DNA of 56,805 nt from Bacteroidota bacterium (GCA_011374625.1 DRPN01000168.1:1-56805); one strand, 5' to 3'; positions 30,119 to 40,777 are shown, numbered from the stretch's first letter. Numbers and translations: made by a program. The notes: a model not told the origin generated them from the sequence alone.

Positions 30119-31666
30119 TTAAAAAGGAGGTACGCCGTGTTTTTTCTTAGGAACAGAGATTTCCTTATTTTCTGATACCTCGAGTGCATGTAATAAGAGC
30201 TTTCTGGTTTCACACGGTTCGATCACCGAGTCCACATAACCTTTTGCAGCAGCCACATAAGGATTAGCAAATTTATCCTTGTATTCCTTAACTTTTTGTT
30301 TTCTCATTTTCTCTGGATCTTCCGCCTTACTGATTTCTTTGCGGAAGATGATATTGGCTGCCCCTTCGGGACCCATAACGGCAATTTCTGCCGAAGGCCA
30401 GGCAAACACAAAATCAGCTCTCAGATGTCTGGAACTCATGGCAATATAACCTCCGCCATACGCTTTACGTATAATCACCGTCATTTTGGGTACAGTAGCT
30501 TCACTGTAAGCATACAAAACCTTGGCACCATGGCGGATCACACCGGCATGTTCCTGATCCACTCCCGGCAAATAACCCGGAAGATCGACAAATGTTACGA
30601 TTGGAATATTGAAAGCATCACAATACCGGATAAAACGTGCCGCTTTATCGGAAGAATCCACATCCAGCACGCCAGCCAGGAATATTGGCTGGTTAGCTAC
30701 AAAACCGACAGTACGGCCTCCCATACGTCCGAAACCAATCACCAGATTAAGGGCCCATCCTTCCATAATCTCAAAGAAATCGGAATCATCCACTACTGCC
30801 TTTATTACATCCCTCACATCATAAGGAAGTTTCGGATCAGACGGGACAATATCTTCAATCTTATAATCCCTTTTTGGAGGCTTGGAAGCGATCTTCTGTG
30901 GTTTCTCTTCATTATTCCACGGGATAAAAGAAAACAGTTTCTGTATCTGACCAAAACACTCTTTTTCATTTTTTGCAAAGAAATGTGCATTTCCCGTGAT
31001 GGTACTATGAATGCGTGCTCCCCCAAGATCTTCCATGGAAATATCTTCGCCCAGCACCGTCTTGATCACACTGGGCCCGGTAATAAACATTTTGGAAATA
31101 TTGTCCACCACAAATACAAAATCAGTCAATGCGGGAGAATATACAGCACCTCCAGCACAGGGTCCTAATATCACGGATATCTGCGGAATCACTCCTGATG
31201 ATAAAGTGTTCCGGTAAAAGATCTCGCCGTATCCGGCCAAAGAGTTCACACCTTCCTGGATCCTGGCACCTCCCGAATCATTGATCCCGATCAAAGGCAT
31301 ACGCATTTTCAAAGCATGATCCATAATCTTGGTTATCTTCCGGCTATGCATAAGCCCGAGCGAACCTCCCGCAATGGTAAAATCCTGTGCAAAAATTGCT
31401 ACCGGCCTGCCATGAATTGTTCCGGTTCCTACGATCACCCCGTCACCATACAAGGTCTTCTTATCCATGTCAAAATCCCTGGCATCATGTTCAACAAACA
31501 TATCATACTCGTTAAAAGACCCCTTGTCCAACAAAGCAACAATACGTTCACGGGCAGTCAATTTTCCCATAGACACTTGCTTCTGTACCGCTTTCTCGCC
31601 ACCTCCCTGCAATACTTCCTCGCGACGCTTCTGTAATTCCTGAATTTTTCTTTTTAATGCCATCAC
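30119..31666 (-). CDS. Acyl-CoA carboxyltransferase subunit (PccB/MmdA family)
   Basis: GKLTARERI, DSGGARIQEG, GPCAGGAVY, RKAYGG, VMGPEGA, KKHGVPPF. Confidence 0.93.
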   Translation of the reverse strand: MMALKRKIQELQKRREEVLQGGGEKAVQKQVSMGKLTARERIVALLDKGSFNEYDMFVEHDARDFDMDKKTLYGDGVIVGTGTIHGRPVAIFAQDFTIAGGSLGLMHSRKITKIMDHALKMRMPLIGINDSGGARIQEGVNSLAGYGEIFYRNTLSSGVIPQISVILGPCAGGAVYSPALTDFVFVVDNISKMFITGPSVIKTVLGEDISMEDLGGARIHSTITGNAHFFAKNEKECFGQIQKLFSFIPWNNEEKPQKIASKPPKRDYKIEDIVPSDPKLPYDVRDVIKAVVDDSDFFEIMEGWALNLVIGFGRMGGRTVGFVANQPIFLAGVLDVDSSDKAARFIRYCDAFNIPIVTFVDLPGYLPGVDQEHAGVIRHGAKVLYAYSEATVPKMTVIIRKAYGGGYIAMSSRHLRADFVFAWPSAEIAVMGPEGAANIIFRKEISKAEDPEKMRKQKVKEYKDKFANPYVAAAKGYVDSVIEPCETRKLLLHALEVSENKEISVPKKKHGVPPF

Positions 31667-31832
31667 TTATTAAATTTAATATAAATATCAAAATGCTATA
31701 AAACATATTTACATAATGCAACGTTACAAAATCCCTATTATTAAAAAAAATATTCCAGGGAAAAATTACTACCAAACCAACCAAGATATCTGTCTCACAA
31801 CATATAACATAAAACAACAACCACAGTCTTAT

Positions 31833-32921
31833 TTATTTGGGTGTCATGAAAAACAAGATGGTTGCAATGACGGCAAAAATCATGCTGGGCAGCCAGGATG
31901 CCAGAAGGGGGTTCATATTCCCTCCTATGGCAAACTGAGAAGAAAACTGCATAAAAAGGATATAAGCAAAGCTAAGGGCGATGCCTGTACCGATCTGCAC
32001 CCCGATACCCCCTTTCAGTTTTCTGGATGACAGGGATAACCCGATCAGGGTTAGTATAAATGCCGAAAAAGGAAATGAAAAACGGTTATGTAGGGCTATC
32101 TCATACTCTTCAATATTTTCCGTGCCCTGCAATCGTTGATTTTTTACAAATTGTTTCAGTTCACCCAGATTAAGCGTCTCCGTTATATTTTTCCTGGTAG
32201 CCAGGTCGTCAGGGGTTAGGAAAAATGTCGTATCCATCCTGATACCCTTTTCTATTTTCTCATGAAGACTGTCGGAAATAATCCGGATATAATAATTATT
32301 TATTTTCCATTTATGAGTTGCCGTATCCCATCTCACATAATCGGCTAACAATTTACTTTTCAGCTTGCCTTGTTCATCAAACTTCTCGATCGAAAACTTT
32401 TGACCGCTCTTGCTGATAGGCGAATAACTCTGCATATATATATATAAGTTTGGTCTAACCTGTCTGTGAATATTATAGTTATTGGAACGGTAACGTTGCG
32501 TTCGTCCAACGTAAACCTCTTCAAAAGCCAATCTCCGGGCATTGGCATGAGGCAACAGAAAATTGGAAATCAGGAATGAACCCACTGCAATCACAAGTGC
32601 CGAGAACATATAGGGAACTAACAGCCGGTAAAAACTAACTCCGTTACTGATGATAGCAATGATCTCAGAATTGTAAGCCATCTTAGAGGTAAAATAAATT
32701 ACAGAAATGAAAACAAACAGCGAACTGAAAAGAATGGCAAAATATGGAATAAAATTCAAATAATAATCAAAAATCACCGCTTTGAAAGGAGCTTTATGAT
32801 CTATAAAATTATCCAGTTTTTCGCTCAGGTCAAATACTATGGCGATACCCAGGATCAGGACAATGGAAAAAATGAATGTCCCGAGAAATTTTTTAATAAT
32901 ATATTTATCCAGTTTTTTCAC
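31833..32921 (-). CDS. LPS export ABC transporter permease, LptF/LptG family
   Basis: LDKYIIKKFL, SEIIAIISNGVSFYRL, 3+3 TM helices around a periplasmic domain, WLP motif. Confidence 0.9.
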   Translation of the reverse strand: MKKLDKYIIKKFLGTFIFSIVLILGIAIVFDLSEKLDNFIDHKAPFKAVIFDYYLNFIPYFAILFSSLFVFISVIYFTSKMAYNSEIIAIISNGVSFYRLLVPYMFSALVIAVGSFLISNFLLPHANARRLAFEEVYVGRTQRYRSNNYNIHRQVRPNLYIYMQSYSPISKSGQKFSIEKFDEQGKLKSKLLADYVRWDTATHKWKINNYYIRIISDSLHEKIEKGIRMDTTFFLTPDDLATRKNITETLNLGELKQFVKNQRLQGTENIEEYEIALHNRFSFPFSAFILTLIGLSLSSRKLKGGIGVQIGTGIALSFAYILFMQFSSQFAIGGNMNPLLASWLPSMIFAVIATILFFMTPK

Positions 32922-34057
32922 GCCTGCGCCAACCTTTTTCCTATTTTTTCAATTATTTCCATTTTCCACTCTCCAAACTCTCCCTGCACTATTTTTTCCC
33001 TTGCCCGATTAATCAACCAAATATAAAAACTTAAATTGTGTATGGTAGCAATTTGTGCTCCGAGAATTTCTTTCGAGAGAATCAAATGTCGAAGATAAGC
33101 TTTGGTATAAGTTCTGCTATACAGTGACGGACCCAACGGATCGATGGGGGAAAAATCTTCTTTCCATTGCAGGTTTTTAATATTGATGATCCCTTGATGG
33201 GTAAAGATCATTCCGTTACGTGCATTACGTGTCGGCATGACACAATCAAACATATCCACTCCCCTGGCAATGGATTCCAGAATATTGACAGGTGTCCCCA
33301 CCCCCATTAAATACCGGGGTTTGCATTCAGGAAGAATATCACAAACCAGATCAACCATATTGTACATATCCTCCACGGGTTCACCTACAGACAAACCGCC
33401 TATGGCATACCCTTCCGCATCGTAGGAAGCAATTGTCCGGGCCGATGTTTCCCGCAGATCAGGATATACACTGCCCTGGACAATAGGGAAAAATACCTGA
33501 TCATGGCCATACAATGGCTTGCTTTCCAGAAAATGCTGCCAGCCCCGTTCCAACCAGCGATGTGTCAACGCCAGTGAATCTTTTGCATATTCATAAGTAC
33601 AGGGATAAGGCGTACACTCATCCAGCGCCATCATAATATCTGATCCAATCACACGCTGAATATCCACCACTTTTTCAGGTGAAAAAAGATGTTTGGAACC
33701 GTCAAAATGAGAACGGAACCAGACACCCTCTTCCGCAAGCTGACGAGTATTCGTCAGGGAAAATACCTGATACCCTCCGCTATCAGTCAGTATGGGATGT
33801 TTCCAATTCATAAAGCGGTGCAAGCCTCTGCTTTTTTCCAGCACCAGTAATCCGGGACGCAGATACAGATGGTAGGCATTACCCAAAATAATGGAAGCTT
33901 TCACCTCCTGCTCCAACTGTTGCTGCGACACGGCCTTCACGCTCCCTGCTGTCCCTACCGGCATAAATGCCGGTGTTCTGATCTCTCCGTGGTCCGTCCT
34001 GATGATCCCGGCACGTGCCTTTGTGGTCTTGTCCCTACTCGTTATTGTAAAAAACAT
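32918..34057 (-). CDS. tgt: tRNA-guanine transglycosylase
   Basis: TPAFMPVGT, LTDSGGYQV, GGLSVGE, PRYLMGVG, DMFDCVMPTR. Confidence 0.96.
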   Translation of the reverse strand: MFFTITSRDKTTKARAGIIRTDHGEIRTPAFMPVGTAGSVKAVSQQQLEQEVKASIILGNAYHLYLRPGLLVLEKSRGLHRFMNWKHPILTDSGGYQVFSLTNTRQLAEEGVWFRSHFDGSKHLFSPEKVVDIQRVIGSDIMMALDECTPYPCTYEYAKDSLALTHRWLERGWQHFLESKPLYGHDQVFFPIVQGSVYPDLRETSARTIASYDAEGYAIGGLSVGEPVEDMYNMVDLVCDILPECKPRYLMGVGTPVNILESIARGVDMFDCVMPTRNARNGMIFTHQGIINIKNLQWKEDFSPIDPLGPSLYSRTYTKAYLRHLILSKEILGAQIATIHNLSFYIWLINRAREKIVQGEFGEWKMEIIEKIGKRLAQA

Positions 34058-34073
34058 ATCCTGCCCTTTCGGG

Positions 34074-34081
34074 CAAACCTA
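34074..34081 (-). promoter_or_regulatory. Bacteroidota -7 element (TAGGTTTG) for tgt
   Basis: TAnnTTTG match 16 nt upstream of the ATG. Confidence 0.5.
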
Positions 34082-34192
34082 CATAAATTTTTTCATAATA
34101 TTCACGCACAATTTTTGTCGTTTTATAAAACTTCCTGTAAAAGATTTGCAAGCCATGGAAAACTTTGATAAACTTGCGATCAATTTTCCAAA

Positions 34193-35314
34193 ATGCTTTC
34201 ACGTTTACAACTTACTGATATTATTCTGATTATCAACGGAGTATCACTTGCCGTCCAGATCTTTTATTATCTCTGGTATTATTCAGCTGTGGGTTTTAAA
34301 CAGATCCCAAAGAAAAAAAATACGGATATTCCTGTTTCTGTTATCATATGCGCCAGAAATGAAGAAAATAATCTCAGACAGTTTCTTCCGCAAATCCTCA
34401 CACAAGATTATCCCAATTATGAAGTCATCGTCGTCAACGATGCCTCTACAGATAACACCGAATCTTTGTTGAAAAATTATTCCGATCAATACAAACATCT
34501 GAAATTCACCACGATTACCAAAGACAAAAGGTTCACACATAGCAAGAAACTGGCTGTACTGGTGGGTATCAAAGCTGCCAAAAACGAATGGCTATTGTTT
34601 ACGGATGCAGATTGTAAACCGGTTTCTGATCAGTGGATACGCCTTATGGCACGCAATTTCACCAAAAAGACCTCCATTGTCCTTGGGTATGGCGGGTTTA
34701 TCCCCCAAAAAGGATTATTGAACAATTTTGTCCGCTACGAAAGTTTTTTCATTGCTGTTCAATATCTGGGCTTCGCCTTGCGGGGCCGGCCATACATGGG
34801 TGTAGGCCGTAATATGGCATACCGCAAACCGCTGTATTATGAAATCTGCAAACACAATTATTTCGTCAAACTTGCTTCCGGTGATGATGACCTACTGGTA
34901 AACCATCTGGCCGGAAAAAACAATACCCGTGTGGAAACAGACCCCCGGACCAAAACCCTTTCAACACCACCCCAGTCGTGGCGACAATGGTTCTTAAATA
35001 AAAAAAGGCATATCACGACGGCACGTTATTATACAAAGATAAGTAAATGGCTTCTGGGAGGAGAAATGTTCTTCCGTATCCTCTTTTTTCTTTCTGTAGG
35101 TTTTCTTTTTTTTCTTCCCGTGTCCTGGTTTATTCCAGCCGGAGCTGTAATAGTCAGATGGATTATCATGGGTATTGTATTCGGATATGCTGAAAAACGT
35201 TTGGCAGAAAAGCAATTATTATTATCTTCGTTAATCTATGATATATTCATTCCTTTTATATATTTTATTATCTGGTTAACCAATCTTTCCCGAACGGCAA
35301 AAATATCATGGTAG
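34193..35314 (+). CDS. Membrane glycosyltransferase, family GT2
   Basis: VSVIICARNE, VVNDASTD, FTDAD, GDDD; N- and C-terminal TM helices. Confidence 0.9.
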   Translation: MLSRLQLTDIILIINGVSLAVQIFYYLWYYSAVGFKQIPKKKNTDIPVSVIICARNEENNLRQFLPQILTQDYPNYEVIVVNDASTDNTESLLKNYSDQYKHLKFTTITKDKRFTHSKKLAVLVGIKAAKNEWLLFTDADCKPVSDQWIRLMARNFTKKTSIVLGYGGFIPQKGLLNNFVRYESFFIAVQYLGFALRGRPYMGVGRNMAYRKPLYYEICKHNYFVKLASGDDDLLVNHLAGKNNTRVETDPRTKTLSTPPQSWRQWFLNKKRHITTARYYTKISKWLLGGEMFFRILFFLSVGFLFFLPVSWFIPAGAVIVRWIIMGIVFGYAEKRLAEKQLLLSSLIYDIFIPFIYFIIWLTNLSRTAKISW

Positions 35315-35919
35315 TAAACGTGGCAAATAACAATTTATCAGAAAAAGCCAAAAAAGACCTGGAGCTTGTCCACCGGGCTTTGTCAGGCGACCAGCAGGCT
35401 TATTCAAAACTCATGAGCCGTTACCGTGATGCCATTTATTACATGTTGCTGAAGATGGTAAACAACCCTACCGATGCGGAAGATCTAACCATTGAAACCT
35501 TCGGAAAAGCTTTTAAAAACCTGCATCAGTACGTTCCGGACTTTGCTTTCAGCACCTGGCTTTTTAGGATAGCTTCCAACAACTGTATTGATTTTATCCG
35601 AAAACAACGCACCCCTCTGATATCCATTGATCAGGACCACAGCAACAAGGACGGGATCCCTCTGACCATTCAGGAAAACTCTCCCGACCCGGAAGAAAAC
35701 ATGATCAAGAGTCAAAAAGCAGTATTAATGCATAACATTGTTGATCAATTAAAACCCCGGTACAAAGATCTGATCGTTTTAAGATATTTCAAGGAATATT
35801 CCTATGAAGAGATTGCCAATGAACTTAATCTTCCGCTTGGTACCATAAAAGCACAGTTGTTCCGTGCCAAAGAACTTCTTTACAATATTCTGAAAAAAAA
35901 CAACGATACCAAACCGTAG
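35308..35919 (+). CDS. ECF-type RNA polymerase sigma-70 factor
   Basis: DAEDLTIETF, FSTWLFRIA, SYEEIA..L..PLGTIKAQLFRA. Confidence 0.93.
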   Translation: MVVNVANNNLSEKAKKDLELVHRALSGDQQAYSKLMSRYRDAIYYMLLKMVNNPTDAEDLTIETFGKAFKNLHQYVPDFAFSTWLFRIASNNCIDFIRKQRTPLISIDQDHSNKDGIPLTIQENSPDPEENMIKSQKAVLMHNIVDQLKPRYKDLIVLRYFKEYSYEEIANELNLPLGTIKAQLFRAKELLYNILKKNNDTKP

Positions 35920-35922
35920 CCC

Positions 35923-36558
35923 ATGCATCCAGGTTTGAGCAGAATCCTCACTTATTTCCCCGAGCTGAGCGACAAACAAATATCCTTTTTCGAACAACTT
36001 GCCAAAGGGTATGCCTTTTGGAATGAACGTATTAATGTTATCTCCCGAAAAGACATAGTCAACCTTTACGAACATCACATTCTTTATTCCCTGGCCATTG
36101 CCAAATTCCGGTCTTTTCTTCCCGGTGAAAATATCCTCGATGTAGGCACGGGAGGCGGACTGCCCGGTCTGCCATTGGCTATTTTTTTTCCGGAATCCCA
36201 TTTCCATCTTATAGATAACATTGGGAAAAAGATTAAAGTTGTGGAAGCCCTGGCCAACAACCTGCACCTTAAAAATGTTACCTGTCAGAAAATCCGGGCA
36301 GAAGAACTGAAGGGCCAATACAATTATATTATAGGACGCGGAGTCAGTAAGTTTGGATTTTTCCGCCGCCAGACCCGTCATCTGCTCAAGAAATCTGCCC
36401 GGAGAGACAAATGCGGAATCATCTACCTGACAGGTGGCGACATTAACAATCACATTTTTCCGGGCGATAAAGATAAAAACATTACCGTAGTTCCCGTTTC
36501 CACTTATTTCCAAGAACCTTTTTTTGAAACAAAAAAAATACTTTTTTCCTCATCCTGA
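35923..36558 (+). CDS. rsmG: 16S rRNA m7G527 methyltransferase
   Basis: WNERINVISRKD, LYEHHIL, LDVGTGGGLPG, FFETKK. Confidence 0.9.
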   Translation: MHPGLSRILTYFPELSDKQISFFEQLAKGYAFWNERINVISRKDIVNLYEHHILYSLAIAKFRSFLPGENILDVGTGGGLPGLPLAIFFPESHFHLIDNIGKKIKVVEALANNLHLKNVTCQKIRAEELKGQYNYIIGRGVSKFGFFRRQTRHLLKKSARRDKCGIIYLTGGDINNHIFPGDKDKNITVVPVSTYFQEPFFETKKILFSSS

Positions 36559-36597
36559 AATATCTCAACAATTTTTTTGAGTATTATAAAAAAACAT

Positions 36598-36605
36598 TAA
36601 TTTTG
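36598..36605 (+). promoter_or_regulatory. Bacteroidota promoter for rpmH (-7 TAATTTTG; -33 TTTG at 36576-36579)
   Basis: Both consensus elements are present, 18 nt apart. Confidence 0.6.
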
Positions 36606-36666
36606 CAGCCTGTTTACATACTACTGCAGATAATTTTTCAGGTCAGGCAAATAAGAAATTACAAAT

Positions 36667-36825
36667 ATGAAACGGACATTTCAGCCATCACGGCGCAAGA
36701 GAAAAAATAAACACGGTTTCCGGGAACGCATGTCAACAGTCAATGGCCGGAAAGTTTTGGCACGCCGCCGCATTAAAGGACGGAAAAAACTTTCTGTTTC
36801 CGACGAACCGAAATACAAAGTATAA
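36667..36825 (+). CDS. rpmH: 50S ribosomal protein L34 (missing from the ORF track)
   Basis: Manual translation: [52 protein letters not shown]. Confidence 0.97.
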   Translation: MKRTFQPSRRKRKNKHGFRERMSTVNGRKVLARRRIKGRKKLSVSDEPKYKV

Positions 36826-36985
36826 AGAATCCTTTCATACTTTTTATCCATACTTATTACATTTTTCATTTTTTACAAATCTGCGATTGATGGCATAGGC
36901 GTGTGATTAACAATAATCTGTAGCCTTGTTCAATAATCATCGATCGCATTTTATCGTTCCACTTGTCTTCCTATAATTTTATCTT

Positions 36986-36993
36986 TACTTTTG
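36986..36993 (+). promoter_or_regulatory. Bacteroidota -7 element (TACTTTTG) for the PASTA-T9SS-rluD operon
   Basis: TAnnTTTG match 38 nt upstream of the ATG. Confidence 0.55.
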
Positions 36994-37031
36994 CGTTCAA
37001 TTACTAATGAACCATTAATACTGCTGTCGGC

Positions 37032-37871
37032 ATGAGTTTGGGACGGTTTCTTATCAGCAAGACTTTCTTGAAAAATTTACTCTTTGCCCTTTTGATATCT
37101 ATATTTCTGATATTTCTTATATTGATCTGGTTAAAGTTGTATACCCGTCACGGGCAGAAAAAAGAAGTACCCGATTTCTATGGCCTGACGGTAAAGGAAT
37201 GCCAGTCACTGATCAAGAAAGGTCATTTCGTCCTGGTTGTTCAGGATTCGGTTTATACAAAAGAAGTTCCTGCCGGGGCCATCGTCGAACAGAATCCCAA
37301 AGCCGGTTCAATGGTAAAAAAAGGACGCAAGATATTTCTTATTATCAACGCTTTTCATCCCGAAGTGATACCAGTACCTTATGTGGTAGGTTATTCGTTA
37401 CGCCAGGCCAAGGCGCTTCTCGAATCGAACGGCTTTCAGGTAGGCAAACTGAAATATGTCCCTGACATTGCAATCAATAATGTTTTAAAAGAAATGTATG
37501 AAGAACGTGAACTACAACCCGGTGATTCTCTTGAGAAGGGGGTTTCCGTGGATCTCGTTCTCGGTAAGGGACTGAGCAACGAAAAAACACCATTGCCCGA
37601 TTTTACCGGAATGACTCTGGAAAAAGCCGAACAGGTAATTATCAGCACGGCTCTGAACAAGGGGGCCATCGTGTATGACTCCACAGTCCATGACGCCAAA
37701 GATTCCATGTCGGCATTTGTCTGGAAGCAAAGTCCTGCTTATAAAGAAAAAGAAGATCTGTTTGTTCCGGTAGGCTCATCCATATATCTGTGGTTTACAC
37801 TGGACTCAGCCCTTTTGCCTGTCCCTGACACATTAACCATCGAAGAACCTCCTGTACCGAATGAAAAATAA
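37032..37871 (+). CDS. PASTA-domain membrane protein
   Basis: TM helix, YTRHG, then three VP/LP..G PASTA repeats with the EQNP/KQSP motif. Confidence 0.88.
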   Translation: MSLGRFLISKTFLKNLLFALLISIFLIFLILIWLKLYTRHGQKKEVPDFYGLTVKECQSLIKKGHFVLVVQDSVYTKEVPAGAIVEQNPKAGSMVKKGRKIFLIINAFHPEVIPVPYVVGYSLRQAKALLESNGFQVGKLKYVPDIAINNVLKEMYEERELQPGDSLEKGVSVDLVLGKGLSNEKTPLPDFTGMTLEKAEQVIISTALNKGAIVYDSTVHDAKDSMSAFVWKQSPAYKEKEDLFVPVGSSIYLWFTLDSALLPVPDTLTIEEPPVPNEK

Positions 37872-39732
37872 GCTTTTGTGTATCCTTGTATTTATTATTA
37901 CAAACTTGGTGGTTACAGCACAGGAAAAGCTGGTGCCCTTGGTCGTCAATCCTACTGTCAGAAAAGCATATACCGGGATCCTGAAGCATACGGCCAAAAG
38001 CCTGCTGACACCGGATACCCTGTCCCTGCCGTTTTTAGATGATTTTTCCACGTTTCGTGTTTATCCTGATCCGGCCTTCTGGTCAGACCGGGATGTGTTT
38101 GTCAACCAGACTCTGGGAGTCTCTCCTCCCACCATAGGCGTCGCCACACTTGATGCCATTAACGAAAAAGGATCCCTTTATCCCGACGCTGAACCATTTC
38201 CTTTCATTGCCGACCATTTAACCAGTAAACCGCTGTACCTGAATTATTCTCCCGCAAGCAATATCTTTTTCAGTTTTTACTATCAACCACAAGGATTGGG
38301 CGACTTTCCCAATCAGGACGACTCCCTCTGCCTGGATTTCTATGCACCTCTTCAGCAGACATGGCATACGGTATGGAACATCCCGGGGGACTCCCTGGCG
38401 CCAGACACCATCACTCCTTTCCGCATGGTCATCCTGCCGGTGCAAGACACAGCTTTCCTGCATGCAGGGTTTCGTTTCCGCTTTCGCAATTATGCAAGTA
38501 TCTCTTATAACTCAAGTGATCCGGGCAGGGTCGGCAATTGCGACCAGTGGAATATTGATTACGTTTATCTGGACCGGGACCGTTTCAAAGACGATACGGT
38601 CATGCATGATGTTGCCATAACTTCCCCGTTAAAGTCGGTGCTGAAAACTTATGAGGCCATGCCCTGGCGGCATTTCAGGGAGACTTATCTGACGGAAATG
38701 GGTAGTTTCCTGCCAGTGACCTACCGCAATAACGACACCATCGTCCGCAATGTCACCAGGCAATTTGAGATCACCGACCTTTTCACAGGGCAGCAATCAC
38801 ATGCCTATACGGGAGGCGCCGTAAACATAGGACCCCTTACCACAGAAACCTACACCTCACCCCTCATCTATACCTTCAACTCTCCCGCACCCGATTCGGT
38901 TGTCTTTCGTGTGCGAAGCTATCTTATCACCGACAATTATGATCCCAAGATAAACGACACCGTCACTTATTACCAGGTTTTCAGGGACTATTTTGCTTAC
39001 GATGACGGGTCGGCCGAAGCAGGGTACGGTCTAAGCGGCAACGGTATGGACCGTGCTGCGGTGGCCATCCGTTTTCATGCCTATATACCCGACACCCTTC
39101 AGGCAATCAGAATCTACTTCAATGAATCCTGGAAAGATGCCAACAGTACAACATTCAATCTGATGGTATGGGCTGCAGACGGGGACAATCCCGGAGAAAA
39201 TATTTATCAGAAAATCAGTCAGTCTCCTGTTTTCCGGGACAGCCTGAATTGTTTTACCACCTATTTCTTCGACTCGGCAGTAGTGATACCCGAAGGAGAT
39301 TTTTACGTCGGATGGCAACAAAATTCATCAGTTTTTCTGAATGTCGGTTTTGACAGGAACCGTAACAACCAGGACAAGAACCAAATCTATGTCAGCGGCC
39401 AGTGGCTGCCTTCCACTATCCCGGGCTCAATCATGATACGGCCGGTCACTGGTCATAATCTGCTGGCTTCCGTCCCTTCCCACGAACCGGACAACAAAGA
39501 CTGGACGGTCTATCCCCAACCGGCAAAAGATCATTTGTATATTAAATACAATAACCGGGAAATACAAAACCCCGAGTATATCCTTCTCGACATGACCGGA
39601 AGGATCCTGTACCGACACAAAGGATTTACAAGAACGGTAAATATTTCCGGGCTTCACAACGGTTTCTACCTCCTGGTGGTCCGTCAGAATGACCGGCTCG
39701 TTTATCGCACCCGTTTTGTCATCTCCCGTTAA
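37861..39732 (+). CDS. Secreted protein with a T9SS type A C-terminal sorting domain
   Basis: Signal peptide; LPFLDDFS; YFAYDDGSAE; C-terminal VYPQPA...LDMTGR...GFYLL...RFVI. Confidence 0.85.
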   Translation: MKNKLLCILVFIITNLVVTAQEKLVPLVVNPTVRKAYTGILKHTAKSLLTPDTLSLPFLDDFSTFRVYPDPAFWSDRDVFVNQTLGVSPPTIGVATLDAINEKGSLYPDAEPFPFIADHLTSKPLYLNYSPASNIFFSFYYQPQGLGDFPNQDDSLCLDFYAPLQQTWHTVWNIPGDSLAPDTITPFRMVILPVQDTAFLHAGFRFRFRNYASISYNSSDPGRVGNCDQWNIDYVYLDRDRFKDDTVMHDVAITSPLKSVLKTYEAMPWRHFRETYLTEMGSFLPVTYRNNDTIVRNVTRQFEITDLFTGQQSHAYTGGAVNIGPLTTETYTSPLIYTFNSPAPDSVVFRVRSYLITDNYDPKINDTVTYYQVFRDYFAYDDGSAEAGYGLSGNGMDRAAVAIRFHAYIPDTLQAIRIYFNESWKDANSTTFNLMVWAADGDNPGENIYQKISQSPVFRDSLNCFTTYFFDSAVVIPEGDFYVGWQQNSSVFLNVGFDRNRNNQDKNQIYVSGQWLPSTIPGSIMIRPVTGHNLLASVPSHEPDNKDWTVYPQPAKDHLYIKYNNREIQNPEYILLDMTGRILYRHKGFTRTVNISGLHNGFYLLVVRQNDRLVYRTRFVISR

Positions 39733-39742
39733 TCTGCCAGGC

Positions 39743-40777
39743 ATGACCGACAAGGAAAATGATCAGCAGGAACTGTATGAACACTACCGTTTCATTGTAG
39801 ATGCGGGACAGAAACCGTTGCGCATAGACAAATACCTGATCAACAGACTGGAAAGTACCTCCCGTACCCGCATTCAGAATGCAGCGGTTGCCGGCAATAT
39901 CATGGTGGACAATCAGCCCGTCAAACCAAGTTACAAGGTTAAACCCGGAGAGACCATCACCATCGTCCTCCCGCATCCTCCCCGTGTAATTGAGATCGTC
40001 CCCCAGGACATTCCCCTGGATGTCCTTTATGAAGATAACGACCTGATGGTCATCAATAAACCTGCGGGCATGGTGGTACACCCCGGTTATGGTAACTATA
40101 CAGGCACCCTTGTCAATGCCCTGGCATGGCATCTGAAGGATGAGCCGGCTTTTCGTGAAGGAGACACCAGACCGTGGCTGGTGCATCGTATCGATAAAAA
40201 CACCACCGGCATCCTGGTGATTGCCAAGAATGAGATAGCCATGAATAAACTGGCCAAACAATTTTTTCTTCATACAGTAAAAAGAAGATACATAGCCCTC
40301 GTATGGGGCACACCTCCGGATCAGAAAGGAACCATAGAAGGACACATAGGCCGCAACCCCAGGGACCGGACAAAGATGTTTGTATTCCCCGACGGATCGC
40401 AGGGCAAGCCGGCCATCACCCATTACAGAGTGCTGGAAGACCTCGGCTACATCAGTAAGGTGGAGTGCCACCTTGAAACAGGACGCACTCACCAGATACG
40501 TGTGCATTTTCAGTATATCCGGCACCCTTTGTTCAACGACGCTGAGTACGGAGGCGATCGCATCCTGAAAGGAACCACCTTCAGTAAATACCAACAGTTC
40601 GTAATAAACTGCTTCAATATCCTGCCGCGACAGGCCCTTCACGCCAAATCGCTGGAATTTATCCACCCTTCCACCGGCAAAATCATGTCTTTCGATTCCC
40701 CACTGCCAGATGACATGGAACAGGTGATCCGGAAATGGAAAAAGTATATGGAAGGACGAACGACGAACAGCGACTGA
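39743..40777 (+). CDS. rluD: 23S rRNA pseudouridine synthase, RluA/RluD family
   Basis: S4 domain (RIDKYL), NKPAGMVVHP, HRIDKNTTG, LETGRTHQIRVH, QALHA. Start moved to the ATG at 39743. Confidence 0.93.
   Translation: MTDKENDQQELYEHYRFIVDAGQKPLRIDKYLINRLESTSRTRIQNAAVAGNIMVDNQPVKPSYKVKPGETITIVLPHPPRVIEIVPQDIPLDVLYEDNDLMVINKPAGMVVHPGYGNYTGTLVNALAWHLKDEPAFREGDTRPWLVHRIDKNTTGILVIAKNEIAMNKLAKQFFLHTVKRRYIALVWGTPPDQKGTIEGHIGRNPRDRTKMFVFPDGSQGKPAITHYRVLEDLGYISKVECHLETGRTHQIRVHFQYIRHPLFNDAEYGGDRILKGTTFSKYQQFVINCFNILPRQALHAKSLEFIHPSTGKIMSFDSPLPDDMEQVIRKWKKYMEGRTTNSD

Noticed and set aside
30296-31168. 290-aa plus-strand ORF
   Set aside because: It is an antisense shadow of the carboxyltransferase gene.
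35779-36513. 244-aa minus-strand ORF
   Set aside because: It is antisense to the sigma factor and rsmG and has no motifs.
39719-40666. 315-aa minus-strand ORF
   Set aside because: It is antisense to rluD and is explained by codon bias.
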